From NCBI GenBank assembly GCA_965204805.1, contig OZ242013.1, positions 2,605,232 through 2,669,231 on the forward strand: 64,000 nt of DNA, given 5' to 3'. The stretch's first letter is position 1. Each line of letters starts with the position of its first letter. The DNA comes from Dehalococcoidia bacterium. GTDB taxonomy: Bacteria; Chloroflexota; Dehalococcoidia; Lucifugimonadales; UBA3495. Position numbers and translations under genes: made by a program. Under the pieces are notes generated by a model, which was not told where the DNA came from, ran no database searches, and was given only the letters and a program-made list of their open reading frames with translations. Below, piece after piece: positions 18,011-28,324 of this stretch.

Positions 18011-18045
18011 TCCCAGGCCTCACGGGCCCGTTAAATCTCGAAGTC

Positions 18046-18504
18046 TCATTCCCGGTCGATGATGAGCTGGCGGCCAATGTCCCAGCTCTCATCCATCACT
18101 CCCATGACCACGTTGGTTTCATACGTCATATTCACGACCACACGGTGCGGTGTGGTGATGTCCCTCAACGGCTGTACTCCCGTGCGGTCTCCGACGCCGG
18201 GGTGTCTGCTCTCGAAGTAGAAGGTGTATTCGTAGCATCCCGGGCAGAACTCGATGGCGCGGCTGGACTCCAGCTTGAAGGTTTCCTCGATTCCGTCAAA
18301 ACGGAAAGTAGGCGAATTTCGGACGAATCCCTCGGCAGCCTGAATACTGGCAGGACTGCCGACGGGCCCTGGCCCTGTAAGAGGATAGTAGGCCGCCGCG
18401 GCCGCGCCGCCCAAGACCAGCAATACGGCCAGCAGCGGTATGTGCCGGAATCGCCGGTCAAACAGTCGTATCCGACCGCCTATGTCCACCAGTTGCGCCT
18501 TCAA
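18046..18504 (-). CDS. hypothetical membrane-anchored protein inserted between the SBP and permease genes
   Basis: 152-aa ORF with a TTG start (GTG 18489 is an alternative). TM segment 'IPLLAVLLVLGGAAAAAYY', then a soluble domain containing 'CPGCYEYTFYFESRHPG'. No family recognised. Confidence 0.4.
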   Translation of the reverse strand: MKAQLVDIGGRIRLFDRRFRHIPLLAVLLVLGGAAAAAYYPLTGPGPVGSPASIQAAEGFVRNSPTFRFDGIEETFKLESSRAIEFCPGCYEYTFYFESRHPGVGDRTGVQPLRDITTPHRVVVNMTYETNVVMGVMDESWDIGRQLIIDRE

Positions 18505-18537
18505 CCCTTCTCTTTCCTGCTTACAGTGTCATCTATT

Positions 18538-18560
18538 CTCCCTCTCCCAGCGGGGGAGGG
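18538..18560. repeat. REP-like element family 1, copy D (hairpin only)
   Basis: CTCCCTCTCCCAGCGGGGGAGGG. Confidence 0.55.
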
Positions 18561-18597
18561 AACTTTGGGAAAGCCCTTCTCTTGTCGTTGGCCCGGC

Positions 18598-20388
18598 CTA
18601 ATTGTCTACCAGCTTCCAGTTCTCCCAAGGCGGCCCGTAGAACTCCATCTGCGGGTTGGCGAAGATTTCCTTGCCTTCGCCCCATTGGTCGCGGTTGGCT
18701 ATGCGCGGGCCAACGGCGTTGATGAAGCTGAACCAGTAAATGGGGATTTTGTAGAATTTTTCGGACAGCAACGCCTGGGCATCGGCGGCCAACCGCTCGC
18801 GCTCGCCGGGGTCAACCGACGCCTTGTATTGGTCCGTCAGCGCGTCGATTTCAGGATCGCACATCCGGGATGAGGCGGCCTCGCACCCGACGTAGGCGTC
18901 GAAGCGGGCGATGAACGCGCCGGCGGTTCCGGTGCCAACCAGCAGTATCTGCGTTTCCGCTCCCCAGGCATCATTGCGCTCCTGCCAGGTATCGCCCTCG
19001 GCCAGCCGGTCGAAGAAAGTGCCGCGCTCCATCGTCTGCAACTTGGCGGTAATACCGATGCGCCCAATCTGGCTGATTACCCGCTCACCCAGGCTGAAGT
19101 AGTTGGGAATGGGGCTGAGCCATTCAACCTCGAACCCGTCGGCGTACCCAGCTTCGGCCATCAGCGCCTTGGCCCGGTCCAAGTCTTCCTCGGGCGCTCC
19201 GTGGGGCGGGGCCAGCAGGATGTTGGGCGGTATCCAGTAATTCGCGGGCTTGGAGTGTCCACTGGTCTCCGCGTCGCTAATGGCCTGCCGGTCCAGGGCA
19301 AGACCCACCGCTTCGCGCACCCTGGCGTCGCTGAAGGGGTTATCAGGGTTGTGCATATGCGGGAATTCCAGCCAGAAGACGGCGGTGGTATTCGTCGGAA
19401 CCAGGACCAGGTCTTCGTTGGACTCGACCCGCGGGATCAGCTCGCCCGCAATGTTGTACGCAATGTCAACGTCACCCGCTTCCAGAAGGGCCAAGCGGGT
19501 GGTCGCTTCCTGCACCGAGCGCATGGTGAATTCCTTGACGTGCACCGGACGGTGGTAGTTCTCGAAAGCCTCGAACCGCAGGCTGTCGCCGGGGATTTCT
19601 TCCAGCAGCTTGTAGGGGCCTGCGCCTATCGGCGCCTGGATAAACCCCTCGTTGCCGACCTCCTGGTAGTAAGCCGACGGCACGACAAATCCCGCGCCGC
19701 TGGAGAAAGTGCCGTAGAGCAACAGGAAGTCCAGGAAAGGCTCGTTGAAGTTGAAGCGGATGGTGCTGGGGTCGACCAGGTCTACCCCCGCGTTAGCTCC
19801 GTGCAAAATATCAGCTTGGGCGCCGCTGTAGTTCTCAAAGGTGAACTTCACGTCCTCGGTCGTGACCGGCTCTCCGTTGTGGAAGGAGGTGCCGGGCCGC
19901 ATCTGGAACGTGATGCTGGAGAAGTCGTCGGCCCACTCCCAGCTCTCGGCCAAGCTGGGCGTGTTAAGAGCCTGGGGCATTATCTTCACCACCGCGTCGT
20001 GCAGCGCGTAGGCGAAGTTGTACGGGGTGGCCATGGCCGGGTTGTCCTGGGGGTCAAGCCAGCTCGACGAGAGACCGGCGTGCCACGCCAGGGACATCTT
20101 GCCCGAGGCAACCACGCTGGGCTGAGCCGGCGCCGGGGCCTCCGTGGGCGCAGCGGCGGGCGTGGGCGCGCTGGGAGCGGCGGCGGTGGCGGCAGGGGCT
20201 GTCGTGGCCGCCGGAGCCGCTGTGGCGGCAGGGGCAGCGGTGGGCGCCGGCGCAGACGTGGCGGCCGGTGCGGCCGTCGCCTCCGGTTCGTCGGTGGCGG
20301 CTCCGCCACAGCCAAGAGCTGTCAAAAAGACCAGCGCCAGGGCTGCCAACAGTAATAACGCGGGGTTTCTGAACCGGCTTCGCATCAT
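18598..20388 (-). CDS. ABC peptide/nickel-type substrate-binding lipoprotein (family 5 SBP)
   Basis: Lipoprotein signal 'LLLLAALALVFLTALGCGG', a long Ala/Pro/Thr linker, then a family-5 SBP body. It heads the transporter operon. Confidence 0.9.
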   Translation of the reverse strand: MMRSRFRNPALLLLAALALVFLTALGCGGAATDEPEATAAPAATSAPAPTAAPAATAAPAATTAPAATAAAPSAPTPAAAPTEAPAPAQPSVVASGKMSLAWHAGLSSSWLDPQDNPAMATPYNFAYALHDAVVKIMPQALNTPSLAESWEWADDFSSITFQMRPGTSFHNGEPVTTEDVKFTFENYSGAQADILHGANAGVDLVDPSTIRFNFNEPFLDFLLLYGTFSSGAGFVVPSAYYQEVGNEGFIQAPIGAGPYKLLEEIPGDSLRFEAFENYHRPVHVKEFTMRSVQEATTRLALLEAGDVDIAYNIAGELIPRVESNEDLVLVPTNTTAVFWLEFPHMHNPDNPFSDARVREAVGLALDRQAISDAETSGHSKPANYWIPPNILLAPPHGAPEEDLDRAKALMAEAGYADGFEVEWLSPIPNYFSLGERVISQIGRIGITAKLQTMERGTFFDRLAEGDTWQERNDAWGAETQILLVGTGTAGAFIARFDAYVGCEAASSRMCDPEIDALTDQYKASVDPGERERLAADAQALLSEKFYKIPIYWFSFINAVGPRIANRDQWGEGKEIFANPQMEFYGPPWENWKLVDN

Positions 20389-20863
20389 GCTGGACCTCCC
20401 GAGTATAACGAATCCAGTGGCAGTGTTTGTGGCGTTTTTCGTAATTCTCCCTTAGCTTACTGAATGTCGGCGTAAATTATCACGCTGCCAGACAAGATGT
20501 CAACTATCATTTATGCCTTACCAATTCATGATAGGAAATCGTAAATAGTATCAGGCATACGAATGAACCACAGGCATTGGCCAGCAAAAACCGGCGTCAT
20601 GCCCCATACAGGAAGTGAGGCATCCCGGCACTGGCAAGACATACGTGGAAATGTTACAACCACCAGTGTAGACCGACGTAGCGAAATAATCCCGGGCAGC
20701 TCGTCGGTAACATTTGTCGAATGCGGGAAGGGGGTACGACAGCATCACCATAAACCGGCAAAGGAACGATAGCCCAGTCCATGGAGTCCCGGTGAACGGG
20801 AGGTATACCTCCCACAGCCGGGGCGGTAAAGTAAATGGTCAACCAAGCCAGCGTGAGAGAAGC

Positions 20864-21301
20864 ATGACGAACCGAAACGAAACCGACGAGGAAAAGCTCG
20901 AACGCCAACTGAGGGCGGTCGCAGACCTGCGGCTGGAACAGGAAGCAGACGAAGAGACTCTCAGAGCAGTGATTCAGGAGGCAGCCCACAGGGGCACCAT
21001 GGACAACTGGCCCGAGATGCCTGAGGATGAGCGACAGCGCGAGGTGGATACGGTCGTGGGCCTGGAAGCGCTCAAGTTCCAATTGGCAATCTTCAAGCGC
21101 GGCTGGTCCCAAGGCCAGGGCGCGGAAAGAATCCGGTTGGACCCGGAAATCGCAGGGCCGAGGATACTGGTCAGGGCCTACGCAACGGCAGAGGCGGATA
21201 CAGTCAGGATGAGAAGCCAGGCAGAGGGGCAGTCATCTGAGGCAGGGCAGCGGCCCAGCCTGGAGGACAGAATCCGCCGGTACCTGCGCCCCGAAGAGTA
21301 G
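20864..21301 (+). CDS. hypothetical acidic protein
   Basis: 145-aa ORF from ATG 20864 ('MTNRNETDEEKLERQLRAVADLRLEQEADEE...'). No motif recognised and the RBS is weak. Confidence 0.3.
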   Translation: MTNRNETDEEKLERQLRAVADLRLEQEADEETLRAVIQEAAHRGTMDNWPEMPEDERQREVDTVVGLEALKFQLAIFKRGWSQGQGAERIRLDPEIAGPRILVRAYATAEADTVRMRSQAEGQSSEAGQRPSLEDRIRRYLRPEE

Positions 21302-21488
21302 ACAACGGCTACCGATTCGCTCATAACCGACGATGCTATCGAGTGTCGGAAGGCCCGAGGTCCCACGACACCGGAGCGGGTGTCTCATGCCGCTGGCAAG
21401 GCTCACGCGAACCCAAGAAAAGAGACGCGCAACAGTGCGCCATCATCTCCGTTCGGGATGAAATCAACCCGGCGACCCTTGATGAAGG

Positions 21489-22479
<991 letters not shown>

Positions 22480-22496
<17 letters not shown>

Positions 22497-23457
22497 GCAT
22501 CCAGCACCGGGCTATATGACCCGGTTCGACCTCGAACTCAGGCGGGTATTCCTCGCATTTGCCGAAGACGTAGGGACAGCGGGGGGCGAAACTGCATCCT
22601 GGCGGCAGGTCATCCAGGGAAGGCGGCTGGCCCTCTATTGACGGGAGGTAGTCGGCTTGGTCATCCAAGTCAGGCACCGAGCGCAGGAGGGCTTCGGTGT
22701 AGGGATGAGAGGGGCTATCGAACAGTTGCAGTACATCGGCTTGTTCCACAATCTTGCCGGCATACATGACCGCCACCCGGTCGCACATCCGGGCCACGAT
22801 GCCAAAATCGTGGGTAATGAATATGATGGCAGCTCCCGTCTGAGCCTGAATTTCCTTCAGCAGAGAGAGATATTGGAGCTGAATGGTGGCATCGAGGGAG
22901 GTGGTGGGCTCATCCGCGATCAGTATGTTCGGCCCCCGGGACATGGCTATCGCGCCCACAACCCGCTGGCGCATCCCCCCGCTCATCTGGTGCGGGAAGG
23001 AAGCCAGTCTCCTCTCCGGGGCTGGAATGCGAACGCTGCTCAGAATCTCGATGGCTCGCTGCTTCAGGTTTCCCCTGGACTGCCTGGAATCCATGTTCAG
23101 GGTCTCGTAAACCTGGTTGCCAATGGTGAACACCGGATTCAGGGAGGTGGAGGGGTCCTGCATGACCATGCAGATTCCCTTGCCCCTTATCTCGCGCATT
23201 TCCGCAGGGCTTTTCTCCAGCAGGTTCTCTCCCTGGTAGAGAATCCTCCCCCCCACGATGCGGCCTGCCGGTTGTGGAACCAGACCGAGAATTGACCAGG
23301 CGGTCATGCTCTTGCCGGAACCCGACTCGCCCACGATGCCCAGCGTTTCCCCGCGACGCAGCTCGAAGCTGATGCCGTCCACCGCCTTTACGACGCTGGA
23401 ACGGTTGAAGAAATGGGTTTGCAGATCTTCAACCTTGAGAATTGGTTCGTTTTCCAA
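22480..23457 (-). CDS. oligopeptide/dipeptide ABC transporter ATP-binding protein (OppD-like), second system
   Basis: 'GESGSGKSMT', 'MSGGMRQRVVGAIAM' and 'ILIADEPTTSLD'. I trimmed the start to TTG 23457 ('MENEPILKVEDL') because the track start at 23592 overlaps the upstream permease. Confidence 0.85.
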
Positions 23458-23477
23458 CAGTCCCGCCTCTCTGTCAC

Positions 23478-24365
23478 CTATTGGGCCTGTCGTAATCTGG
23501 GGTCGAGTGTGTCCCGGAGCCAATCGCCGAAGAAGTTGAATGCCAGCACTACAATGGTAATCGCCAGACCAGGGAATAGGGAGAGCCACCACACTTCAAT
23601 CAGGATATCCCGGCCCTCCGCCACCATTATGCCCCATGCCGGCGCTCCTGGGGCCAAGCCCAAACCCAGGAAGCTCAGAGCCGCCTCTAGGAGGATGATT
23701 TGACCAACCATCAGACTGGATATGACCGTCAAGGTGTTGACAACATTCGGAAATATATGCCGCCATATCACCACCGGCGTGCTGACTCCGGTGATTTGCG
23801 CCAGGGTCACGAAGTCCTGAACCTTGACCGATAGTACGTCTCCGCGGGCCATACGCGCGAATCGAGCCCAAAACGTCAGGGCTACGGCGAGGATGATGTT
23901 TATAGTGCCAGTCCCCAGAAACACCACAATTACCATTGCAAGCAGGACGGTAGGGAATCCCAATGCGGCGTCGACGAGACGCATTATGATAGCGTCTACC
24001 CAGCCGCCCCAATAGCCGGAAATCAGGCCCAGCACCGTCCCGACAACCGCGCCGGCCAAGAGTGAAACAAAAGAGATTATTACAGTGGTGCGAGCGCCAT
24101 AAATCAGCCTGCTAAGGATGTCCCTCCCCAAACTGTCTGTACCCAATAGGTGAGAAGAGGATTCCCCAGGCGCCATATGCTTGTTCAGCACATTGATCTT
24201 GAGTGGGTCGTGCGGGGCGATAAACTCAGCAAACGCCGCGCAAATCAGGATTACCAGCAAAATAAGAATGGGAATCCACGGCAGACGGGCCTGATGCAGC
24301 CTGACGACATAGCGCCAAGGACTTGCTGACCCGGTTTCAAGCGCATTCGGTGTGCTGGCAACCAT
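23478..24365 (-). CDS. ABC peptide transporter permease (OppC-like), second system
   Basis: Multi-TM protein with 'QDFVTLAQITGVSTPVVIWRHIFPNV'. Confidence 0.9.
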   Translation of the reverse strand: MVASTPNALETGSASPWRYVVRLHQARLPWIPILILLVILICAAFAEFIAPHDPLKINVLNKHMAPGESSSHLLGTDSLGRDILSRLIYGARTTVIISFVSLLAGAVVGTVLGLISGYWGGWVDAIIMRLVDAALGFPTVLLAMVIVVFLGTGTINIILAVALTFWARFARMARGDVLSVKVQDFVTLAQITGVSTPVVIWRHIFPNVVNTLTVISSLMVGQIILLEAALSFLGLGLAPGAPAWGIMVAEGRDILIEVWWLSLFPGLAITIVVLAFNFFGDWLRDTLDPRLRQAQ

Positions 24366-24372
24366 ACCTTGA

Positions 24373-25296
24373 CTACTCGTTATAACGAATTCTCGGGTCT
24401 ACATAGGCGTAAAGGACATCGATTATCAGGGACAAAGCGATGTAAAAGAAACCCGATGCAAGAACGGCCGCTTGGACCACGGGGAAATTCCGCGCTTGGA
24501 CGCCGTCCAGCAGCATTCGGCCAATGCCAGGCCAAGCGAATACCACTTCGACTACGATAGCGCCGTTCAACAGCCCGGCCAAGCTGATTCCTCCGAATGT
24601 AAGCAACGGGACCAGGGAGTTTCTAAGGGCATGCTTCCATAGGACCAATCTTTCGCGCAAACCTTTGACTCGGGCGAATTTAATGAATTCGCTATCCAGT
24701 ATCTCCAACATACTGGACCTTCCCAACCGCATCATGCCTGCCATTATGGACCAAGCCAGCACAAAGGCTGGCAAGACGAATGAATCCGGTCCGCCTCGCC
24801 CGAAGGTTGGCAACACCTTGAATATCGCGCCAAACACCAGGATGAACATTATGGCCACCCAAAACTGGGGAGCCGCCATTCCCAGGACGGCGAAAATCTT
24901 GCCGATCTTGTCGAAAATTGAGTCGCGCTTTATGGCGGATAAAATTCCCAGCGGCACGCCAAACAAAATGGCCAGGCCCATGCCGGCCGCAGCTAATTGC
25001 AGTGTGGCCGGTAATCGTGAAGCCAGAATGTCCCGAGCGGGGCGGCGGTCAGTGATCGAGGTGCCGAAATCTCCTTGAAGCGCGTTCTTAAGGAATATGC
25101 CGTACTGCACGACCATGGGCTTGTCGAGGCCGAGCTGCTTCTGAAAAGCCTCGTAGTCTGCCTTGCTCGAAGCGTCGATGGGCATGAGGAAGATCGCGGG
25201 GTCTCCGGTAAGGCGGACGCTGACGAAAACAATAACCGTGAGCGCCCATAGGGTGAAGATGCCTTGCCCCAATCTGATTATGATGTACTTCTGCAT
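24373..25296 (-). CDS. ABC peptide transporter permease (OppB-like), second system
   Basis: 'MQKYIIIRLGQGIFTLWALTVIVF' and 'SEFIKFARVKGLRERLVLWKHALRNSLVPL'. Confidence 0.9.
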   Translation of the reverse strand: MQKYIIIRLGQGIFTLWALTVIVFVSVRLTGDPAIFLMPIDASSKADYEAFQKQLGLDKPMVVQYGIFLKNALQGDFGTSITDRRPARDILASRLPATLQLAAAGMGLAILFGVPLGILSAIKRDSIFDKIGKIFAVLGMAAPQFWVAIMFILVFGAIFKVLPTFGRGGPDSFVLPAFVLAWSIMAGMMRLGRSSMLEILDSEFIKFARVKGLRERLVLWKHALRNSLVPLLTFGGISLAGLLNGAIVVEVVFAWPGIGRMLLDGVQARNFPVVQAAVLASGFFYIALSLIIDVLYAYVDPRIRYNE

Positions 25297-25365
25297 GGTT
25301 TAAGAGGATGACCCCGGAGAAAGATGCCCGCCTGTTGGGGGGAGAGGTCCTGCTCGGGTTAGGAG

Positions 25366-25395
25366 AAAGGGGCGAGGACTGTCCCCCGCCCCTTT
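25366..25395. terminator. intra-operon hairpin between the SBP and first permease gene
   Basis: 9-bp stem AAAGGGGCG/CGCCCCTTT with a 12-nt loop. It may act as a partial terminator or mRNA stabiliser after the SBP gene. Confidence 0.35.
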
Positions 25396-25420
25396 GCTCT
25401 GGTTCTCTGCTCCGGTCAGG

Positions 25421-27364
25421 CTACTCGTTAATACGAATGGTCCAGACGCCGGTGAGATAGGCCACCAGCGGCCACGGCTCCCAAGTCTCTATTCTCGGCG
25501 ACACGCCGTAGAGGGAGTGGGTTATACCGGTGGTCCACTCGTAGTGCTCTTCTCTCAAGAACATCCAAGCGTCCGCAAGAACATCCTGCCGGAGTGCCGG
25601 GTCCACGACCGACGTGGCCTCCAGAACCCGATCCACGATGTCCTGGCGTTTGCCCGCTATGTGGGCCGCACGTTCGGGGTCTCCATAGAGGGACAGCATA
25701 CCGCCCGCGGTATCCCATCGGCTCTCATTGGGCCGCAGCAGATACTCACCATCCAGTTGGCCGCCGAACCATCGTTCCCGGGTCGCAACCTCCTCGCCAA
25801 CTTTCACCTCGGCATCAATGCCCAGATTGTCCCGCCACATCTGGGCGATCAGCTGGGCTTGCTCCGGCAGGAAGGGCACGTCGCCGGCAACCCAGGTGTT
25901 GATGATCTGCGTGGGCAGTCCCTGGCCTCCGGGGTAGCCTGCCTGGGCCAGCAGTTCCCGAGCCTTATCAGGGTCATAAGGGAAGGGGTCCAATCCTGGG
26001 GAATAGCCGAGGCTGCTGGGAAAGACGAAGCTGAAGCCCTTCACCTCAGCCACGTCCGGCCCGTAGAGCTGGTCCACGATCAGCTGTTTGTCGACGGCAT
26101 AGTCCATAGCCTGGCGGAATTCCTTCTTGTTGCAGGGAAGGGCGGTGTCATGGCAGCCCGGCATGAACATCCACATGTAGGCCGCCTCTTTGGCGATAAC
26201 GATCCGGTTTCCGGAATCCTCAATCTGGTTCATGACCTGTAGGTTGGCGTCGACGATATCCGCCTGACCGGCTATCAGCGCCGATACCCTGGTGCTTGCC
26301 TCCGGGACCAGCCGCATATGCAGGGTCCTGAAGCTGGAGAGCCGTGAGGGATTCCAGTATTCGTCGAAGCGCTCCAACACCATTTCGTCATTGAATGTGT
26401 GGCTCAGGAGGCGGAACGGACCGGCGCCTATGGGGGCGCCATCGTAGCCATCGCGGCCCACCTCTCCGAAGTAATCCTTGGGCATGAGGGCGCCGTTGTT
26501 GTTGGTAGCCATGTCAGTCAGGATGAAGGGCAGATATGCCAAGGGCTGGGTGTGGGTGACCTTGAAGCTTTCCGGGCCCACGGCCTCTATGCTTTCAGTA
26601 GCCCGCGCCACGGTGAGCACGTTCTGGCCGCCCTGCTCCTTGGCATCCCACACAGTGCCATCCGGCAGCGTTATCGTGCCGTAGGTTGCGTTCATGGTGA
26701 AGACAGCGTCGTCAATGTTGAACTCATGCCCGTTGTGGAACTTGATCCCATCCCTGATGGTGAATATCCAACTGAGACCGTCGGGCGCGACTTCCCATGT
26801 CGTGGCAGCGCCAGGCAGTATCTCGACGTCTTTGCTGCCGATCATCCAGTAGGAATGGATCTGGCGGTTGTAGCCCATCACCTCGCCCCAGGCCCAGTTG
26901 GTGAACAACTCAGGACCCCAGACGGTGTTCAGGACCGTGACCGTGCCTGGGTTGACTAGAGCCGCTTCCCGTATCGCCTCGGCGCTGATTGCGGTGGGTG
27001 TCGGCACTGGAGTAGGTACGGCGGCCCTCACGATTTCGGCGATTTCCGCTTCCGTCAGCGGCTCTGGCGCGTCAGCCTGCGCTGCGGCCACCGCGCTCGC
27101 CACGATCTGCTGAACCTCCGCCTCGGTCATCCCTTCCGGGACTTCTATACCGGACACCGCGTCGGAGATGGACCTTTGCAGTTCCGACGTGATGGCCGAC
27201 AAGTCCACCGGCGTAGGCGTCGGGGCCGCCGTAGGGACGACGGCTGTTGGCGCTGCTGGCGCAGTAGTGTCGTCTCCGCCGCAGGCGACTACGAATATCG
27301 TCGCAAGTATGAGGAAGAATATCGCTGTTCGAGAAACTGTCCGGCATATTTGTTCGAGGTACAT
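25421..27364 (-). CDS. ABC peptide-type substrate-binding lipoprotein (family 5 SBP), second system
   Basis: Signal 'IFFLILATIFVVACGG', a Pro/Ala/Thr linker, then a long family-5 SBP body (647 aa). Confidence 0.9.
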   Translation of the reverse strand: MYLEQICRTVSRTAIFFLILATIFVVACGGDDTTAPAAPTAVVPTAAPTPTPVDLSAITSELQRSISDAVSGIEVPEGMTEAEVQQIVASAVAAAQADAPEPLTEAEIAEIVRAAVPTPVPTPTAISAEAIREAALVNPGTVTVLNTVWGPELFTNWAWGEVMGYNRQIHSYWMIGSKDVEILPGAATTWEVAPDGLSWIFTIRDGIKFHNGHEFNIDDAVFTMNATYGTITLPDGTVWDAKEQGGQNVLTVARATESIEAVGPESFKVTHTQPLAYLPFILTDMATNNNGALMPKDYFGEVGRDGYDGAPIGAGPFRLLSHTFNDEMVLERFDEYWNPSRLSSFRTLHMRLVPEASTRVSALIAGQADIVDANLQVMNQIEDSGNRIVIAKEAAYMWMFMPGCHDTALPCNKKEFRQAMDYAVDKQLIVDQLYGPDVAEVKGFSFVFPSSLGYSPGLDPFPYDPDKARELLAQAGYPGGQGLPTQIINTWVAGDVPFLPEQAQLIAQMWRDNLGIDAEVKVGEEVATRERWFGGQLDGEYLLRPNESRWDTAGGMLSLYGDPERAAHIAGKRQDIVDRVLEATSVVDPALRQDVLADAWMFLREEHYEWTTGITHSLYGVSPRIETWEPWPLVAYLTGVWTIRINE

Positions 27365-27856
27365 TTCCTTTTCCTATTGTGTGATATGTAATTCTCTTAG
27401 ATCAGAACCAAGAGATTGCCGCATTCTAGCCAACGGAAACCGCAAAGTCAAACGGTAATATATCGACTTTTCCAACAAGTACCGACGCTGGATTAGTCGA
27501 GTGATAATTGAGGATGCAGTGAATTTGCGAAATACGTTGCTGCCACCGCTCAGGGTCATGCCGGAAGGGAATGCAGAGACCCTGATGCTGCCTAAATGCG
27601 CCCGCCTAATTGTGTCCTCCGGCAGGCAAGCAGCCCGCCCATTGCCAGCAATGCCGGGCTATCTTCACTTACGTTAAGCCCGGCGGTCTCTCCAACCCAA
27701 AGGGTCGAGAAACGGCAGCAGCGAGGTAGATGTTGGGCGGCAACAGGAGGGGCGCCGGCCATCTGCCGGAAATCTAGGGATGCGAGTACTTTACTTGGCA
27801 GTGATAGAGCAGCTGGTCCACATCGGCCGCGTGTTCCCGGCGCGGTAAGGGGCGAG

Positions 27857-28324
27857 TCAGAGGACGGCGAGCGCGTCTTCGGGCGAGACGACGTTGAGGC
27901 CATAGCGTGCCTGGATGCTGGACGAAGCAAGGTCGTCGCAGAGTGCTTCGTCAGCTGTCACCAGCGTCGCGCCGGATTCCACGGAAAGCCGCACGATGAA
28001 CTTGTCATCCTGGCTGCCCTGTGGAATTTCCGTCTCCTCGGCAAAGGGTGGAGACTCCCTTAGGTACTCCAGCTTGCCGGGCCTGAATATGGCCTGCCCC
28101 AAGGTGCGCAGGATTGCCGAGTCGAATCCGCGATGCTGATGGGCCGGATGGTTCAACTGGCGCTGGATTTTTTCGTAAAGGACGGAGTCGAAGACAATTG
28201 GATGGCAGATATCCAGTATTCCATGCAGTAGATCGAGACAAGTGGGGTCGGGTTCCTCTCGGACATTGGTTTCCAGTTGAGCGAAGATAAAAACGTTTTC
28301 GTCCAGGATGAACCGTTGGGTCAT
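27857..28324 (-). CDS. small PIN-like protein (weak assignment), partner of the upstream ATPase
   Basis: 155 aa. N-terminal acidic motif 'FILDENVFIFA' and C-terminal 'DDKFIVRLSVESGATLVTADEAL' resemble the first and last acidic strands of PIN-fold nucleases. The start overlaps the ATPase stop by 4 nt. Confidence 0.4.
   Translation of the reverse strand: MTQRFILDENVFIFAQLETNVREEPDPTCLDLLHGILDICHPIVFDSVLYEKIQRQLNHPAHQHRGFDSAILRTLGQAIFRPGKLEYLRESPPFAEETEIPQGSQDDKFIVRLSVESGATLVTADEALCDDLASSSIQARYGLNVVSPEDALAVL

Noticed and set aside
20389-20863. The ~470-bp AT-richer region upstream of the first SBP gene, containing the palindrome GGGAGGTATACCTCCC, considered as a riboswitch or small RNA.
   Set aside because: I could not recognise any conserved riboswitch core by eye. 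Without a covariance-model scan the call would be unsupported. It probably contains the divergent promoters.
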